DNA from: Octopus sinensis | Taxonomy: Eukaryota | Assembly: GCF_006345805.1 (NCBI RefSeq) | Contig: NC_043010.1 | Span: 65,906,001-65,970,000, forward strand | Length of the DNA: 64,000 bases | Direction: 5' to 3' | Shown: one piece after another, positions 62,063-64,000 of the stretch | Position numbering within the stretch: the stretch's first letter is position 1 | Layout of the letters: each line of letters opens with the position of its first letter | Notes under the pieces: model-generated | Told to the model about the DNA's origin: nothing | The model's database searches: none | The model's input: only the letters and a program-made list of their open reading frames with translations | Made by a program: the position numbers and the translations under genes

Positions 62063-62844
62063 TTAGGTGTGATCAATAAGTATCCGGACTGTTACCATAG
62101 TAACAAAGGAAGGTGTGAAGCATGTGATCGTCGCATGGACCATGACAGAGAAAGTTATCATAGTGATACCTGCTCAGAGGCCTACGCAAGGTTGCAGAAA
62201 GTGTATGGAGGCGAGTGTATGAGCCGAACACAAGTGTACAAATGGTTCAGGTGTTTCCAAGATGGCCAAAAAATATGTCGATATTGAGGAACGTTCTGGG
62301 AGACCCGCAACCAGCAGAACTGGGAAAAACATCACAGATGTACATGCAGCTGTGAGGGGAAATCATCAAATCAACATCTGTGAGTTATCAGAGGATGAGT
62401 AGATTAGTTGCGGTTCAGTTCAGTCCACTGTCACAGAATATTTGAGTATGAGACACGTGTCTTCCAAGTTTGTGCAAAAAACTGTTTTCAGCTGACCAAA
62501 AAGACACTCGGGTTTCAGTTGCACAAGATCTCCTTGACGGTACTAAAAATGCTGAAAATTTTTTGAAAATTTTTCATAGGCCTCTGAGCAGGTATCGCCA
62601 AGCTTTTGGCAGAATTTGATGCAGGTTCTCTGCTCAACTTTCTCTATCATGGTCAATGTGATGATCACACACTACACACCTTTCTTCCAAGCACTGCTGT
62701 AAATAGCAGAATTGAGCTAGAACGTTAAAACATAGTGCACATGCACAGCAGAGTTCAAGGTCAATCTGTGCCAAGCAGCTTCACTCTTTGTGCTTTAGCT
62801 TCGTTATTATAGCAACAGTCTGGATACTTACTGATCAAGTCATG

Positions 62845-62846
<2 letters not shown>
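62063..62846 (+). mobile_element. Internally deleted mariner element
   Basis: ~40-bp TIRs ggtgtgatcaataagtatccggactgttacc / gcaacagtctggatacttactgatca; remnant HTH YARLQKVYGGECMSRTQVYKWFRCFQDG; TA-rich flanks. Confidence 0.85.
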
Positions 62847-62915
<69 letters not shown>

Positions 62916-63316
62916 GTATAATCAAGTAAGAAAATGGTGAGATTTAATGGAAATAGATAAATTTATTTATGAATTAACATTTCCTACAATTGTTTCGATT
63001 TACACTCAATACAAATTACATATACACTTTATTTCATTATTATATTTAAATAAAATTATTAATGCACACACAAATAACCAAACATACTTCCATCTCCTTA
63101 GTCTGCTGGAGTATCTCAACCAATCAGCATGTAGCTTCCTTAATGTCCTTTCACACTGATGATATTTTGTTCTAAATCTTCAAAATGTGAACTTATTTTA
63201 TTCTACATGTTTGTAATTTGTATTGAGAGTAAATCGAAACAATTGCAGGCAATGTTAATAAATAAATTAATTCATACCCATTAACTCTCTCCATTTTCTT
63301 TCTTGATAATATTTGA

Positions 63317-63696
63317 TACTAGCAGTATAGTCCGGCATTGCTCAGGTTTGTTTTGACCCTTTAGAATTGAAATTTTTGAAAAGTGAAAATTTTGCATTAT
63401 GTAGCTTGATATTCTCTTTAAGTGAACATTTTTCTGCTGGAAATACACCGTAAAATGGCGTCACAGCAGTCAATAAATTGTAAAAAATAGGGATTTTCAT
63501 AGGAAAAAAAGCACCTTTTTGATGTAAATAATTTTTGGTCTCAACATGGTCTGATTTGAATTTTTTCAAGCCTTCTTCTATCATGCTCTCAATTATGGTC
63601 AACTTGCGCCACAGGGTCTCGGAGGAGATAGTGTTAGTTGAAGGCTACCAAACCTGCCACACACACACAGACAAGTTCAGCTTTATATACATAGAT
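63317..63696 (+). mobile_element. Helitron/Helentron-type non-autonomous element
   Basis: 5' tactagcagtatagtccggcattgc and 3' acacacagacaagttcagctttatatacatagat resemble Lep1/HINE-like ends. Confidence 0.55.
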
Positions 63697-63834
63697 TTAT
63701 AATATATTTATTGAAGGGATATTTCTTAACAATATAATATATTAAACCAGTGTAACGTAGATGGAACCATCCCTATAAGAGGTGTGTATGTGTATGTGTG
63801 TGTCTTTCTAATTGTTCTTTATTTCTCTGTCCAG

Positions 63835-63983
63835 GCTAGAACCAACACAGTTCAAGGCAATTCTCTCTAAAATCAATAACTTTATCACCTGGAAGATATT
63901 CCCACCAAAATTCAATGACCTACCACACCCATCTAAGTGTACTTGGTGGGTGCCCAGCGCTGTCAAGGTCCTTGCTCTACTAA
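63835..63983 (+). CDS. HECTD2: HECTD2-like exon; gene continues beyond window
   Basis: tttctctgtccAG / a|GTAAGT; LEPTQFKAILSKINNFITWKIFPPKFNDLPHPSKCTWWVPSAVKVLALL vs recalled human ...KCSWWIPSAAKVLALLN. Confidence 0.95.
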
Positions 63984-64000
63984 GTAAGTATCCTACTGTT

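Noticed and set aside
62069-62287. Functional transposase gene
   Set aside because: Only a broken HTH remnant in an ~785-bp internally deleted mariner

Overview
Repeat-dense, AT-rich eukaryotic (metazoan) DNA. The SINE/LINE families and the (TA)n/(TG)n/(ATC)n/(ACC)n microsatellite load look like a coleoid cephalopod, probably Octopus (inferred from remembered repeat families, not searched). Two spliced plus-strand genes are supported by phase-compatible GT-AG exons: (A) the last four coding exons (348-7328) of an unidentified protein with a cryptic ~14-aa repeat region and a helical C-terminus; (B) seven consecutive exons (46595-63983) of a HECTD2-like HECT E3 ligase, whose first exon was not found and whose HECT domain lies beyond the window. 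Nearly all long ORFs in the track are microsatellite or transposon artefacts. The rest is a mosaic of tRNA-derived SINEs (three common families), RTE, CR1, R4-like and I-group LINE fragments, piggyBac/hAT/mariner/Helentron-type non-autonomous DNA elements, minisatellites and a 100-N gap. The most interesting unannotated signal is a set of type I hammerhead ribozyme motifs in Penelope-like (PLE) remnants and one SINE: one fully canonical (36694-36752, minus), one in a tRNA-headed SINE (1991-2036), and several core variants (U3-A8, A6U). At several of them an adjacent inverted partial copy could base-pair over the ribozyme and hold it inactive. All folding was done by eye and no activity is demonstrated.
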